NCBI GenBank assembly: GCA_034721855.1
Contig: JAYENB010000187.1
Span: 1 to 49,282, forward strand
Direction: 5' to 3'
DNA: 49,282 nucleotides
DNA from: Bacteroidota bacterium
GTDB taxonomy: Bacteria; Bacteroidota; Bacteroidia; Bacteroidales; ML635J-15
This document shows, in pieces, positions 1-8,125 of this stretch. Each line of letters starts with the position of its first letter. Positions within the stretch are counted from its first letter, which is position 1. The notes beneath the pieces are model-generated. The model saw only the letters and a list, made by a program, of their open reading frames with translations. It was not told the origin of the DNA and made no database searches. The position numbers and the translations under genes were made by a program.

Positions 1-1245
1 TATGAGATTTCATTGAGTTCCGGCACAGATTTTTCAAACAGTTTATCGGTACCCTTTGCTGATGCGAATTTTACCTCTGAAATATATGTGCGCTTAAAAG
101 TCGATTTAACCGCAGGCGATTATAATGACGAAGCAATTACCCACACCGGCGGTGGCGCAACCGAAGTAATTTTAAGCTGTAGCGGTGCAGTGCTTCCGGA
201 ATCTACCGAACCCTGTTTATACGAAGATTTTAGCGGATTTACGGATGGTGCTCACGGGGCTCCCCACAGTGTAGATGTTTCTTCAGCTTTGGATGATTAC
301 ACACTGGTGCCCGGATGGGAAGGGTACAAAGTGTTTTCTGCCGGGGGCGAAGTAAAACTGGGTTCAAGTTCATACAATGGTTATGTGATTACACCGGAGC
401 TTGATATGTCTGCCGGTGGCTCGGTGAGCTTTGATTATGCAGCATACGGGTCTGACAATGCGCAGGTGCAAGTGTTTTTTGCTTCTGATGGTGTCAATTT
501 TACCCAGCTTGGCAGCGACATTACACCAGTTTCAGAATTTCAGACTCACAGTATTGATGTTCCTGCCGGTACAGCAAGTTCAAGGCTGAAAATCGGTACC
601 GATAACGAGCGGATTTACCTCGACAATGTTGAGGTGTATTGTGGAAGCAGCCCTGTTCCGGAATTGTTGGTTAATCCTGTTGTGTTGAGTGATTTTAATT
701 ATGTGGAATCGTATGGCCCTTCAGCCGAACAATTCTTTACACTCAGTGGTACGGATTTGGATGGCACGGATGTTAGCATTGCACCCTCAGAAAATTACGA
801 AATTTCTGTGGGCAGCGGATACGAGTCTGTGCCCATCGTGCTTTCAGCTTACGACGGCAATGCTGTGACAGTAAATGTAAGGCTTAAAGCAGGATTGGTA
901 ATCGGAAATTACAATGCAGAGATTATTTATGTGTCAGGCGGTGGCGCTGATGATGTCAGTGTCAGTTGCAGTGGCTACGTTGATGAAAACGTAGGATATA
1001 GTATTGCTACTTCACTGGAGCTTGCTATTTATCCAAACCCGGTGAACACAATCTTGTATGTTGAACCCGCGTTTGCTGATGTTGACTATGCATGGCAACT
1101 AATGGATATTGCCGGCAAATTGCTTGAGGCAGGAACGGCTACCGGAAGGACAACGATTGATGTTTCAGGTTTTGAAGCGGGAATGTATTTTATGAAAGTT
1201 ATTTCCGGAGAAAACGAAGCTATGAAAAAACTCATTGTCAAATAA
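1..1245 (+). CDS. T9SS type A CTD-containing secreted protein, 5' truncated by the window edge; repeated Ig-like modules around a probable beta-sandwich domain
   Basis: Frame open from base 1 (YEISLSS...). C-terminal AIYPNPVNTILYV...GMYFMKV...KKLIVK is a T9SS CTD. The module YEIS..S...V.VRLK..L..G.YN.E.I...GGGA..V..SCSG.V occurs twice. Confidence 0.85.
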   Translation, partial: YEISLSSGTDFSNSLSVPFADANFTSEIYVRLKVDLTAGDYNDEAITHTGGGATEVILSCSGAVLPESTEPCLYEDFSGFTDGAHGAPHSVDVSSALDDYTLVPGWEGYKVFSAGGEVKLGSSSYNGYVITPELDMSAGGSVSFDYAAYGSDNAQVQVFFASDGVNFTQLGSDITPVSEFQTHSIDVPAGTASSRLKIGTDNERIYLDNVEVYCGSSPVPELLVNPVVLSDFNYVESYGPSAEQFFTLSGTDLDGTDVSIAPSENYEISVGSGYESVPIVLSAYDGNAVTVNVRLKAGLVIGNYNAEIIYVSGGGADDVSVSCSGYVDENVGYSIATSLELAIYPNPVNTILYVEPAFADVDYAWQLMDIAGKLLEAGTATGRTTIDVSGFEAGMYFMKVISGENEAMKKLIVK

Positions 1246-1263
1246 TCGATTTGAGATTTATTG

Positions 1264-1292
1264 AGAGGCTTCCTGCGGGAGGTCTTTTTTTT
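1264..1292 (+). terminator. Intrinsic terminator after T9SS cargo gene
   Basis: agaggcttcc-tgcg-ggaggtct followed by T tract. Confidence 0.75.
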
Positions 1293-1471
1293 GCGCCAGG
1301 GCGGAGGCGTATATCCCTGCATCCTGCATGCCTTGCATGAACGCTCTGCTATAGCTGACGGAGGAAGATCATAAGCAGTGCGTTGTGAATGCAGGCACGC
1401 AGGATGCAGGATAGAAGCCGCAGACCGACCCCGCCGGGTTAGGTTATGCGTTCAGGGGCGGGGTGGCGCCC
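1292..1471 (-). ncRNA. Flavo-1-like structured RNA / repeat with an extended internal hairpin
   Basis: Minus strand reads GGGCGCCACCCCGCC...GGCGGGGTCGGTCTGCGGCTTCTATCC-[long stem]-GGGATATACGCCTCCGCCCTGGCGC. This matches the layout I recall for the multicopy Bacteroidota Flavo-1 motif; not confirmed by a covariance-model search. Confidence 0.55.
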
Positions 1472-1516
1472 AAACAAAATTCAGAATTTATTTATATATT
1501 TTTTATCATGCAATTT

Positions 1517-1533
1517 TGGCAGTTATTCTGTCA
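1517..1533. promoter_or_regulatory. Palindromic operator/UAS candidate TGGCAG-N5-CTGTCA
   Basis: Imperfect palindrome about 100 bp upstream of the sigma54-like promoter; another TGGCAG half-site at about 1547. Confidence 0.35.
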
Positions 1534-1630
1534 TTCTAACACATCGTGGCAGTGTATTTATTGTTTGTAAAACCCTGAGAAACAGCGTAATAAGAATTAT
1601 TTGATTGTATCTGCATAAGTGTTGTTCGAC

Positions 1631-1646
1631 TGGTACAGGATTTGCT
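1631..1646 (+). promoter_or_regulatory. sigma54 (-24/-12)-type promoter candidate
   Basis: TGGTAC-aggat-TTGCT; GG and GC have the canonical 12-nt offset; lies 25 nt before ATG 1672. Confidence 0.5.
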
Positions 1647-1671
1647 GGGGAAAGGTTCAAACTGGAATATT

Positions 1672-2253
1672 ATGATTAAACAGGTTGTAAATAATTACAA
1701 TGATCTAAAATCTGCAATTGATGGAGCTGCAGAGGTATTTTGTTTGTTGTATAAACCCGGCAGTGAGTTGAGCAATTGTGTAAATGAACGCCTTGGTAAA
1801 GCATCAGAAGCAAGCAAAGAAGGGATGATTTGTTTGGCTGATGTCAGTAAAGTACGGGATATACACCCTGTTTATAATGTGAATTCAGCACCAACGCTGC
1901 TGGTGTTTAAAAATGGGAAATTGATAAACCAGGTAAAAGGATGTAATGATACAAGTTTTTATAAAAATTTGATTGAAGGCAGTTATTTTGTTAGTAAACA
2001 AACTGGTGAGAATAAACAGAAAAACGTGACAGTATATACTGGTCCCGGATGTACATACTGCAATAGCCTGAAAACATACTTAAAAAAAATGCAGGTTAAT
2101 TTCAGGGAAGTGGATGTATCGAAAAGTCCGGAACAAGCACAACAATTGGTAAGCCGAACCGGACAACAAGGCGTGCCACAAACCGAAATAAATGGTAAAT
2201 TTGTGGTCGGTTTTGATAAAGATAAAATTGACAGATTGTTAGAAATACAGTGA
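1672..2253 (+). CDS. Thioredoxin-like / glutaredoxin (NrdH-like) two-domain protein
   Basis: N-domain has a Trx fold (YNVNSAPTLLVFKNG) with a degenerate active site (SELSNC). C-domain has VTVYTGPGCTYC...GQQGVPQ...VVGFD. Start moved to ATG 1672. Confidence 0.85.
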   Translation: MIKQVVNNYNDLKSAIDGAAEVFCLLYKPGSELSNCVNERLGKASEASKEGMICLADVSKVRDIHPVYNVNSAPTLLVFKNGKLINQVKGCNDTSFYKNLIEGSYFVSKQTGENKQKNVTVYTGPGCTYCNSLKTYLKKMQVNFREVDVSKSPEQAQQLVSRTGQQGVPQTEINGKFVVGFDKDKIDRLLEIQ

Positions 2254-2290
2254 TAAATTAAAATAAGTTAAATCATTAAATAGAAAAATT

Positions 2291-2578
2291 ATGAAAGATT
2301 TACAACCACTCAATGAAAATGTATTGTTAGATGTCAGTACAGAGGAAACTGAAGAAAAAACAGCCTCAGGGATTATTATTCCGGATACAGCAAAAGAGAA
2401 ACCTCAGTATGGTACTGTTGTTGCCATTGGACAAATTGAGAATCCTTCTGTTGCTATTGGAGACAAAGTGTATTACAAAAAATTCTCAGGCTCTGAACTT
2501 GAAATGGGAGAAAAGAAATATTTGCTGATTCCTTACGCTGATCTCCTTGCAAAAGAAGTAGCAACAGAAAACATTTAA
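2291..2578 (+). CDS. groES: Co-chaperonin GroES (no adjacent groEL)
   Basis: LQPLNENVLL...EEKTASGIIIPDTAKEKPQYGTVVAIG. Confidence 0.93.
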   Translation: MKDLQPLNENVLLDVSTEETEEKTASGIIIPDTAKEKPQYGTVVAIGQIENPSVAIGDKVYYKKFSGSELEMGEKKYLLIPYADLLAKEVATENI

Positions 2579-2729
2579 TTAATGTTTGTCCATAATGTCC
2601 AATATCTGCGTTGTTGCTCAAATTTTAAATCTTCATATACACTCTAGTATACTGCGGTTTAAAATTTTCACACGCCTTAATCTTGAACATCATGAACTAA
2701 ACACTGACTAAATGGACGAACATTAATTA
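2576..2729 (-). mobile_element. MITE-like element, copy A, with a structured AAGGC...AACGCAG core
   Basis: 17/18-bp TIR taattaatgtttgtccat / atggacgaacattaatta; no ORF; nested internal stems. Confidence 0.7.
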
Positions 2730-2743
2730 GCTTTTCTATCGAT

Positions 2744-2781
2744 AAAAAATCCGCATAGCGATGCACGTATGCGGATTTTTT
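2744..2781. terminator. Bidirectional intrinsic terminator between groES and osmC-like gene
   Basis: aaaaaatccgcata...tatgcggatttttt. Confidence 0.8.
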
Positions 2782-3203
2782 TATTCTACATATTGTATCT
2801 CAGAACTCATTTCTATGCCGGCTTGCCTGTATGTATAAGTCACTCCGCAATATCTGTTTTCCGACAAATCAACGGCTTTTTCTATCAATTTTTTATTGAG
2901 GTTTTTCCCTTTAAATACATAGGTTTGATGTATTTTTGAATAATGCTTGGGGTGTTCTTCTGTTTCTTCAGCTTCAACAATGATTTTAAAATCATCAACA
3001 TCCACACGCATTTTTTTCAGCAAAGGCACAACAAACTGGCCGTTGCAGCCTCCCAACGCAACCAGCATCATTGGTTTGGGTGGTGGCCCCTTGTCTTCAC
3101 CACCAACATCCCTGCTGTAACCATCCAAGGTGATTTTGTGTCCGTTGGACTCAGTGTTGAATACCATTTTTTTCCCCCAGTTTAATTCAATTTTTTGTTT
3201 CAT
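2781..3203 (-). CDS. OsmC/YhfA family protein
   Basis: GG.DKGPPPKPMMLVALGGC...LSENRYCGV; two conserved Cys. Confidence 0.9.
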   Translation of the reverse strand: MKQKIELNWGKKMVFNTESNGHKITLDGYSRDVGGEDKGPPPKPMMLVALGGCNGQFVVPLLKKMRVDVDDFKIIVEAEETEEHPKHYSKIHQTYVFKGKNLNKKLIEKAVDLSENRYCGVTYTYRQAGIEMSSEIQYVE

Positions 3204-3325
3204 AACAAGTCTATATTTTTATTTAGTACAAATTTAAAAATTATTGTTATTTTCCTTTGCAGATATTGTTTATTTATTTTCCAACAAAATAACATTCAAA
3301 ATGTTCTTATTCATTATATTTTCAT

Positions 3326-3387
3326 AATTTTGGCTGCACTCGGCATAGCACAAGCAAGCTTGGCTCTGCCCTCGTTTGCACAAAATT
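3326..3387. repeat. Short Bacteroidota interspersed hairpin element (GGCTGCACTCGGCA...TGCCCTCGTTTGCAC)
   Basis: GC-rich nested palindrome bounded by aattttg/caaaatt inside an AT-rich divergent promoter region. Confidence 0.5.
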
Positions 3388-3466
3388 TGCATAAAATTTG
3401 TTTCTTGAAAGAAAAGAATTAATAGAAGGCCCCTATACAAAATTGGAGAAAATTTTATTTGAATGT

Positions 3467-3496
3467 TTTGCTGGAAAGAATAAAACCCTATATTTG
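3467..3496 (+). promoter_or_regulatory. Bacteroidota sigmaA promoter of tRNA-Phe
   Basis: TTTG (3467-3470) and TATATTTG (3489-3496). Confidence 0.7.
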
Positions 3497-3516
3497 CACT
3501 CTCAAAATAAAACAGA

Positions 3517-3589
<73 letters not shown>

Positions 3590-3592
3590 CAA

Positions 3593-3790
3593 GGCATGAT
3601 AGAACGAAGGCACGAAGGGGCGAGTTGGCGATGGGGTGATGGCATGATAAGGAGAAATAATCAGAACACACACACAATAAAGGGATATCCCTTGAAATTT
3701 CGTGCAATCGTGCCATCTTTCAGTCGTGCTATCACACAATAACCGCTCACCAACTCGCCCCATCGCCAACTCGCCCCTTCGTGCTATCAC
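3593..3790. repeat. REP-like palindrome built of ~8-mer tandem units
   Basis: Perfect 27-bp inverted repeat 3610-3636 / 3758-3784; central palindrome aagggatatccctt; GCACGAAG/GCATGATA and TCGTGC units. Confidence 0.75.
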
Positions 3791-3819
3791 TCTATCTCAC
3801 ACTCACATTTGCTATGGAT

Positions 3820-5817
3820 TTACCTCTTTATTTTTTTATACAGCGTAATATTTGAGTTTTCAATTTTTATACAACCATCTAATGATAATTGTCTGATGAT
3901 TAAACTAATATCAGATTTGTCTATATATACTTTTGATCCAAAGTAATTTAATAATTTTTTCTCTGATACCATTTTTTCTTTTCTGATAAATTGTTTAATA
4001 TAAATTCCAAAATTCTTAGGCAAATAATAATAATCCCGATATTCAACTGAATCTTTTTTATTCTGTAAGCCTATAAAATTTTGAGGGAAAAATACAAACA
4101 CATTTGATTTATCTAGCTTTAGGTTAGTAATAATATTTTTTCCATTGGTATTTCGGAATTTATTTACATACTCCGTTACTTCCAGTAAATGTTTTGGTTT
4201 ATTATGTTTTTTGAGGAATTGTTCAACGATATTTCTAATCGTTCCCCCTTTAAAAGACTCTATTTTTCCCTCCCATATTTTTAATCCATAAGTACTTGAT
4301 CTTCCAAGTGGTACAAATTTACTACTTCTTTGCATTGATGTTCTGAGTTTCTCTACACTGGTAATGTATCCCGGATATAGTTCTTTGACTTTTTTATAAA
4401 TCGTATCAACTTTGGATGATTCTCCTAATTCTTTTAATGCTTCATAAGCATATTCATAAATTAATTTTTTTGTATTTCTTTCAAAGTTGATTCTGTCATT
4501 AAATAAGACATTGGTTATTTCAAGCTCATTAAAAAGAATATGCTCCGCTACTGGAATAACCCTTTTAAAATCAATGGATGAACCTGGTTTTTTAAAGTTT
4601 ATTAAATGTGTTTCAAAATCTAATGAATAATTTTCTTCTATTTTTCCGGATAATCTTCTGGAAACATCAATTATTAACGAAGAAAAATCAATCATTTCAG
4701 TTAATTCTTTTTTTACTAAATAAACAGAATGCCATTTGTATTTTGTTTCCCTGTCTTTTATGTTACAAGCACAACTCATTATGTTTCCAACCAAGCAATG
4801 CGTATTATCCAAAAGAATAGATAATATCTTTGTAATAAAAATTTGATTGAAAGAAGTTGATTCTTGTCGGTTAATTTCCTTTACTAAGTCTTCGTTTATG
4901 ATAATAATATCAGAATCAATATCAATATCATAAAGGTTTAATGTTTCAAACTCCAATCCTTTAATAAATGAAAATGTATTGTTTAAATTTTCAATCAAAT
5001 GTTTTCTAATTTCCCTGATTCTTTCTGTTGTAAGATTAAGTGATGAACCAATTTTTTTAATTTTTGATATTTCTGTATGCATCCAAAAATTTAACCCTTT
5101 TTGAAAAATTAATTTTTCTTTTTTGTTAAATATTAAATCATTCGAAATTAACGTCTGGATGGTCTTAAAAATTGGCAATCCAATTTCAATGTCATAATCT
5201 TCCAAAATGTCATGATTTATTTCGGGTTTTAAGTTGTTGAATCTCTTATTTAAATAAGTCTTAAATAATTCTACAGATACTTCCTTATAATCTTCATAAG
5301 ATTGAATTATTTCAATTTGTTCCCGTATGTTTATAAAAAGAGAATTTAGTTCTTTTTCGCTTACTCTGCCAACATTTCTAATTGTTTTTAAATTAAAATA
5401 CGGGTTTATTATAATTTCGGTCAGATTATCTAAGGAATAATCTGATTCTGCATAATATTTTATACAATTAAAACTTCTGATAGATAAATTATTTACAAGA
5501 GAATCTATAACATTGTCCAATATTTTTTTTTGTTTAACTGTTAAATTATCAATTTGTTGTTGGATATTATTCTCAGGATTTGATTCTATTATTTTTGTTG
5601 TAAGGTTTTTGTATTTGTGGCAAATATTAACTAATTCAATATTTGATACCTGACCACAATTTCTAAGATGTAAAAAGCTTCCGTTATCCAAGTAAAAATT
5701 AATAATCGCTGATATATCAGTTAAATTATTTTTCTTACAAATATTATAAGATTGAACACTTAGGTTTTCAAGTTTTGATATTTGATTTAAACTGATGTTT
5801 ACTTTGTTTATATACAT
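3820..5817 (-). CDS. AT-rich multidomain DNA-binding protein: two RNAP alphaCTD-like HhH, sigma70 region-4 HTH, two C-terminal winged helices (HARE-HTH-like)
   Basis: LSVQSYNIC...LRNCGQVSNIEL and LSIRSFNCI...IRNVGRVSEKEL (alphaCTD-like); IGSSLNLTTERIREI (sigma4); YEALKELGE...IYKKV...STYGLKIW (wHTH). Confidence 0.7.
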   Translation of the reverse strand: MYINKVNISLNQISKLENLSVQSYNICKKNNLTDISAIINFYLDNGSFLHLRNCGQVSNIELVNICHKYKNLTTKIIESNPENNIQQQIDNLTVKQKKILDNVIDSLVNNLSIRSFNCIKYYAESDYSLDNLTEIIINPYFNLKTIRNVGRVSEKELNSLFINIREQIEIIQSYEDYKEVSVELFKTYLNKRFNNLKPEINHDILEDYDIEIGLPIFKTIQTLISNDLIFNKKEKLIFQKGLNFWMHTEISKIKKIGSSLNLTTERIREIRKHLIENLNNTFSFIKGLEFETLNLYDIDIDSDIIIINEDLVKEINRQESTSFNQIFITKILSILLDNTHCLVGNIMSCACNIKDRETKYKWHSVYLVKKELTEMIDFSSLIIDVSRRLSGKIEENYSLDFETHLINFKKPGSSIDFKRVIPVAEHILFNELEITNVLFNDRINFERNTKKLIYEYAYEALKELGESSKVDTIYKKVKELYPGYITSVEKLRTSMQRSSKFVPLGRSSTYGLKIWEGKIESFKGGTIRNIVEQFLKKHNKPKHLLEVTEYVNKFRNTNGKNIITNLKLDKSNVFVFFPQNFIGLQNKKDSVEYRDYYYLPKNFGIYIKQFIRKEKMVSEKKLLNYFGSKVYIDKSDISLIIRQLSLDGCIKIENSNITLYKKIKR

Positions 5818-5950
5818 TAAAAAAATATTCTTATGTTTCGATTACTTTATTAATGATTGTGTTATTTCTCTTTTCATGCTAATATACAATGTTGTTTTTA
5901 CATAATTTTTGTAAAAATACAATATTGTTCCGTAATTTACGAATTATTGA

Positions 5951-6748
5951 TCAAAATATCGCATCCCACACCCCCAGTAAATGCCCTGAAAATGCCAGGA
6001 CAATAATAATCAGTAATATGCGCACAAATTTTACCCCTTTTGTTATGGCCAGATGTGAACCGACAAGTCCTCCGGCAAAATGGCCAATGGCAGCAACAAG
6101 GCCAAGTATCCACTCTATCTGTCCGTCAAGGACATATATTGCAATGGCAAAAGGGCTGTACATCAATACAACAAACACTTTGATGGCATTGGCTTTGACC
6201 AAATCATAACCTGCCTGCAACACCAATGCGGACAACAAAAATATGCCTACACCTATATGAATAAAACCGCCATAAATACCCACTAGGAAAAACAACAATA
6301 TCTGCAGCCATCCGATTTTTTTATGTGTTTTTTCTTTTTGCTCTTCAACCCATTTTTTGGGATCAAAAATCATAAAAACCATCAGTACTAAAAGCGATAC
6401 GCCAATAATCTTTTCAAACAAATGATGTGGTATGTTTACGGCTATCATCGCACCTATGATAGAGCCAATGATAATAGGAATGCTCAGCTTTAATGCTTTT
6501 TTGATATCCAGCTTCCCGTTTCGGTAAAACCTGATGGCTGCTGTGGACGTTTGTAACATTACGCCTAACCGCATGGTCCCATTAGCCATAGGAGCAGGAA
6601 TACCCAAAGCTACCAGCAACGAAAACGTAATGACAGAACCCGATCCTGCCAGGGTATTTATTATTCCCACCGCGAAACCTGCCAATATCAATATCAGAAA
6701 AATCTGCCATGAATACAGGTCAAAGGATGTTAGAAAATCATGAATCAT
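5951..6748 (-). CDS. TauE/SafE (TSUP) family membrane transporter
   Basis: GFAVGIINTLAGSGS...GIYGGFIHIGVG; about 8 TM segments. Confidence 0.9.
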   Translation of the reverse strand: MIHDFLTSFDLYSWQIFLILILAGFAVGIINTLAGSGSVITFSLLVALGIPAPMANGTMRLGVMLQTSTAAIRFYRNGKLDIKKALKLSIPIIIGSIIGAMIAVNIPHHLFEKIIGVSLLVLMVFMIFDPKKWVEEQKEKTHKKIGWLQILLFFLVGIYGGFIHIGVGIFLLSALVLQAGYDLVKANAIKVFVVLMYSPFAIAIYVLDGQIEWILGLVAAIGHFAGGLVGSHLAITKGVKFVRILLIIIVLAFSGHLLGVWDAIF

Positions 6749-6791
6749 AGCACAAATCTAATACTTCTCTTAACATTTATACCCCGGGGAA

Positions 6792-7694
6792 TTAAATATT
6801 TTCTTTTTCTATGGATTTCTGAAGGGAATTGAATCCTTCACCCAGAATTTCTTTTGCATCGGAAACAGTCAGAAATGCATCCGGGTCTATGCTTGCAATG
6901 TAATGTTTTAGTATGCTCAATTCACGACGGCTAAGCACGGTAAATATCACTTTTTTCTTGTTTCCGTGATACATCCCTTCAGCCTGCAAAAATGTCCCCC
7001 CACGCTTCAAATCTTTCATCAGTTTTTCACTTATTTCCTCCGCTTTATCGGATATGATCATCAGGCTTTTGTTGTAACTGATACCTTCCACTACCATATC
7101 AATCACCTTCCCGGTAATGAAAATAACAATCCAGGAATACAGGGGGATTTCCCATTGTTTGAAAGCCACAAAACCAAGCAACACAATTACAGAATCAATA
7201 TATATTAATAGTTGTCCAAGCGGGAGTTTTGTGTATTTGGATATTACCATGGCAATAATGTCTGAGCCTCCTGTTGTTGCTCTGGCATGCAAAACTAACC
7301 CCAGGCCTGCTCCTAAAATCACACCCCCAAATATTGAAGACAACAACGGATCATCAGGAACCAGCGCTTCATCCCCCTGGAAAAGCATCAACAAGTTTAC
7401 AAACTGTGACAATGATACAATCCCAACAATGGTTTTCCATCCAAAACGCGGCCCCAATATTTTAAGGCCAATGATCAACAAGGGGATATCAATGGCCAGG
7501 GCAACAAAACCTGTTGGCCAACCCATCAGGTGGTGGATTATAATTGCTATCCCATAAGTGCCTCCGGGAGCAAGCTTATATGGTGAGATAAAATATACAA
7601 ACGCAACGGCCATAATGAATGTACCAACGAGAATCAAAAACAGCGATTTAAACCAGCTCCAGCTAAATAATTCTTCTTTTGTCAGGAATGCCAT
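6792..7694 (-). CDS. YitT family membrane protein (DUF161 + DUF2179)
   Basis: LAPGGTYGIAI, ATTGGSDII, RGGT...GMY, IDPDAF...EILGEGF; start at MAFLTKEE, downstream of a TAnnTTTG box. Confidence 0.92.
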   Translation of the reverse strand: MAFLTKEELFSWSWFKSLFLILVGTFIMAVAFVYFISPYKLAPGGTYGIAIIIHHLMGWPTGFVALAIDIPLLIIGLKILGPRFGWKTIVGIVSLSQFVNLLMLFQGDEALVPDDPLLSSIFGGVILGAGLGLVLHARATTGGSDIIAMVISKYTKLPLGQLLIYIDSVIVLLGFVAFKQWEIPLYSWIVIFITGKVIDMVVEGISYNKSLMIISDKAEEISEKLMKDLKRGGTFLQAEGMYHGNKKKVIFTVLSRRELSILKHYIASIDPDAFLTVSDAKEILGEGFNSLQKSIEKENI

Positions 7695-7980
7695 AATCAA
7701 GTCATTTGATGAAAAACGGCTGCAAATATACAATTTAGATTTTACAAAACAATTTGTAAAATATTATAGAAACTGTAATTATTCAGATGTATTTAGAATG
7801 ATTGCACGAATGCACGAAACCACGATAGTGTGACAAATCAAAATATAAGAGCATTTCTATAATTTCCATGTACACAAAATCGGAGCAGTAAAAACTATGG
7901 CTCAATAGTTACCATTTGTGGTTCCAATTCTGAGCTTTTCAGGGATTTTTGTTTTAATAGAGGAAATATAATTAAATGAT

Positions 7981-8125
7981 AAATATCGAATGCTATAACT
8001 TGTCCGGCGAAGACGGATAAAAAATGTCAAAGTTATTTTTTCTTTGTAACGTACTGTTTTGTTGTATAGTGTTAACTTTATCATTTTTCATTCGATATTC
8101 GATATCCGTCTTCGCCTGACAGGTC
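7981..8125. repeat. REP-like inverted repeat with heptamer (AATATCG) units
   Basis: 18/19-bp IR tgtccggcgaagacggata (8001-8019) / tatccgtcttcgcctgaca (8103-8121), plus aaatatcgaa / ttcgatattcgatat. Confidence 0.65.

Noticed and set aside
1350-1372. Hammerhead core in the hairpin loop (ctgacgg...gaag)
   Set aside because: Lacks CUGAnGA/GAAA and three-stem geometry
2251-2256. Selenocysteine read-through of the Trx-Grx TGA
   Set aside because: TGA is at the natural domain end and is followed directly by TAA
2583-2610. dif-like site (cataatgt...)
   Set aside because: No XerD arm (TTATGTTAAA); the sequence is part of the MITE end
3593-3790. CRISPR array
   Set aside because: Repeats are short tandem or inverted units without unique spacers; no cas genes in the window
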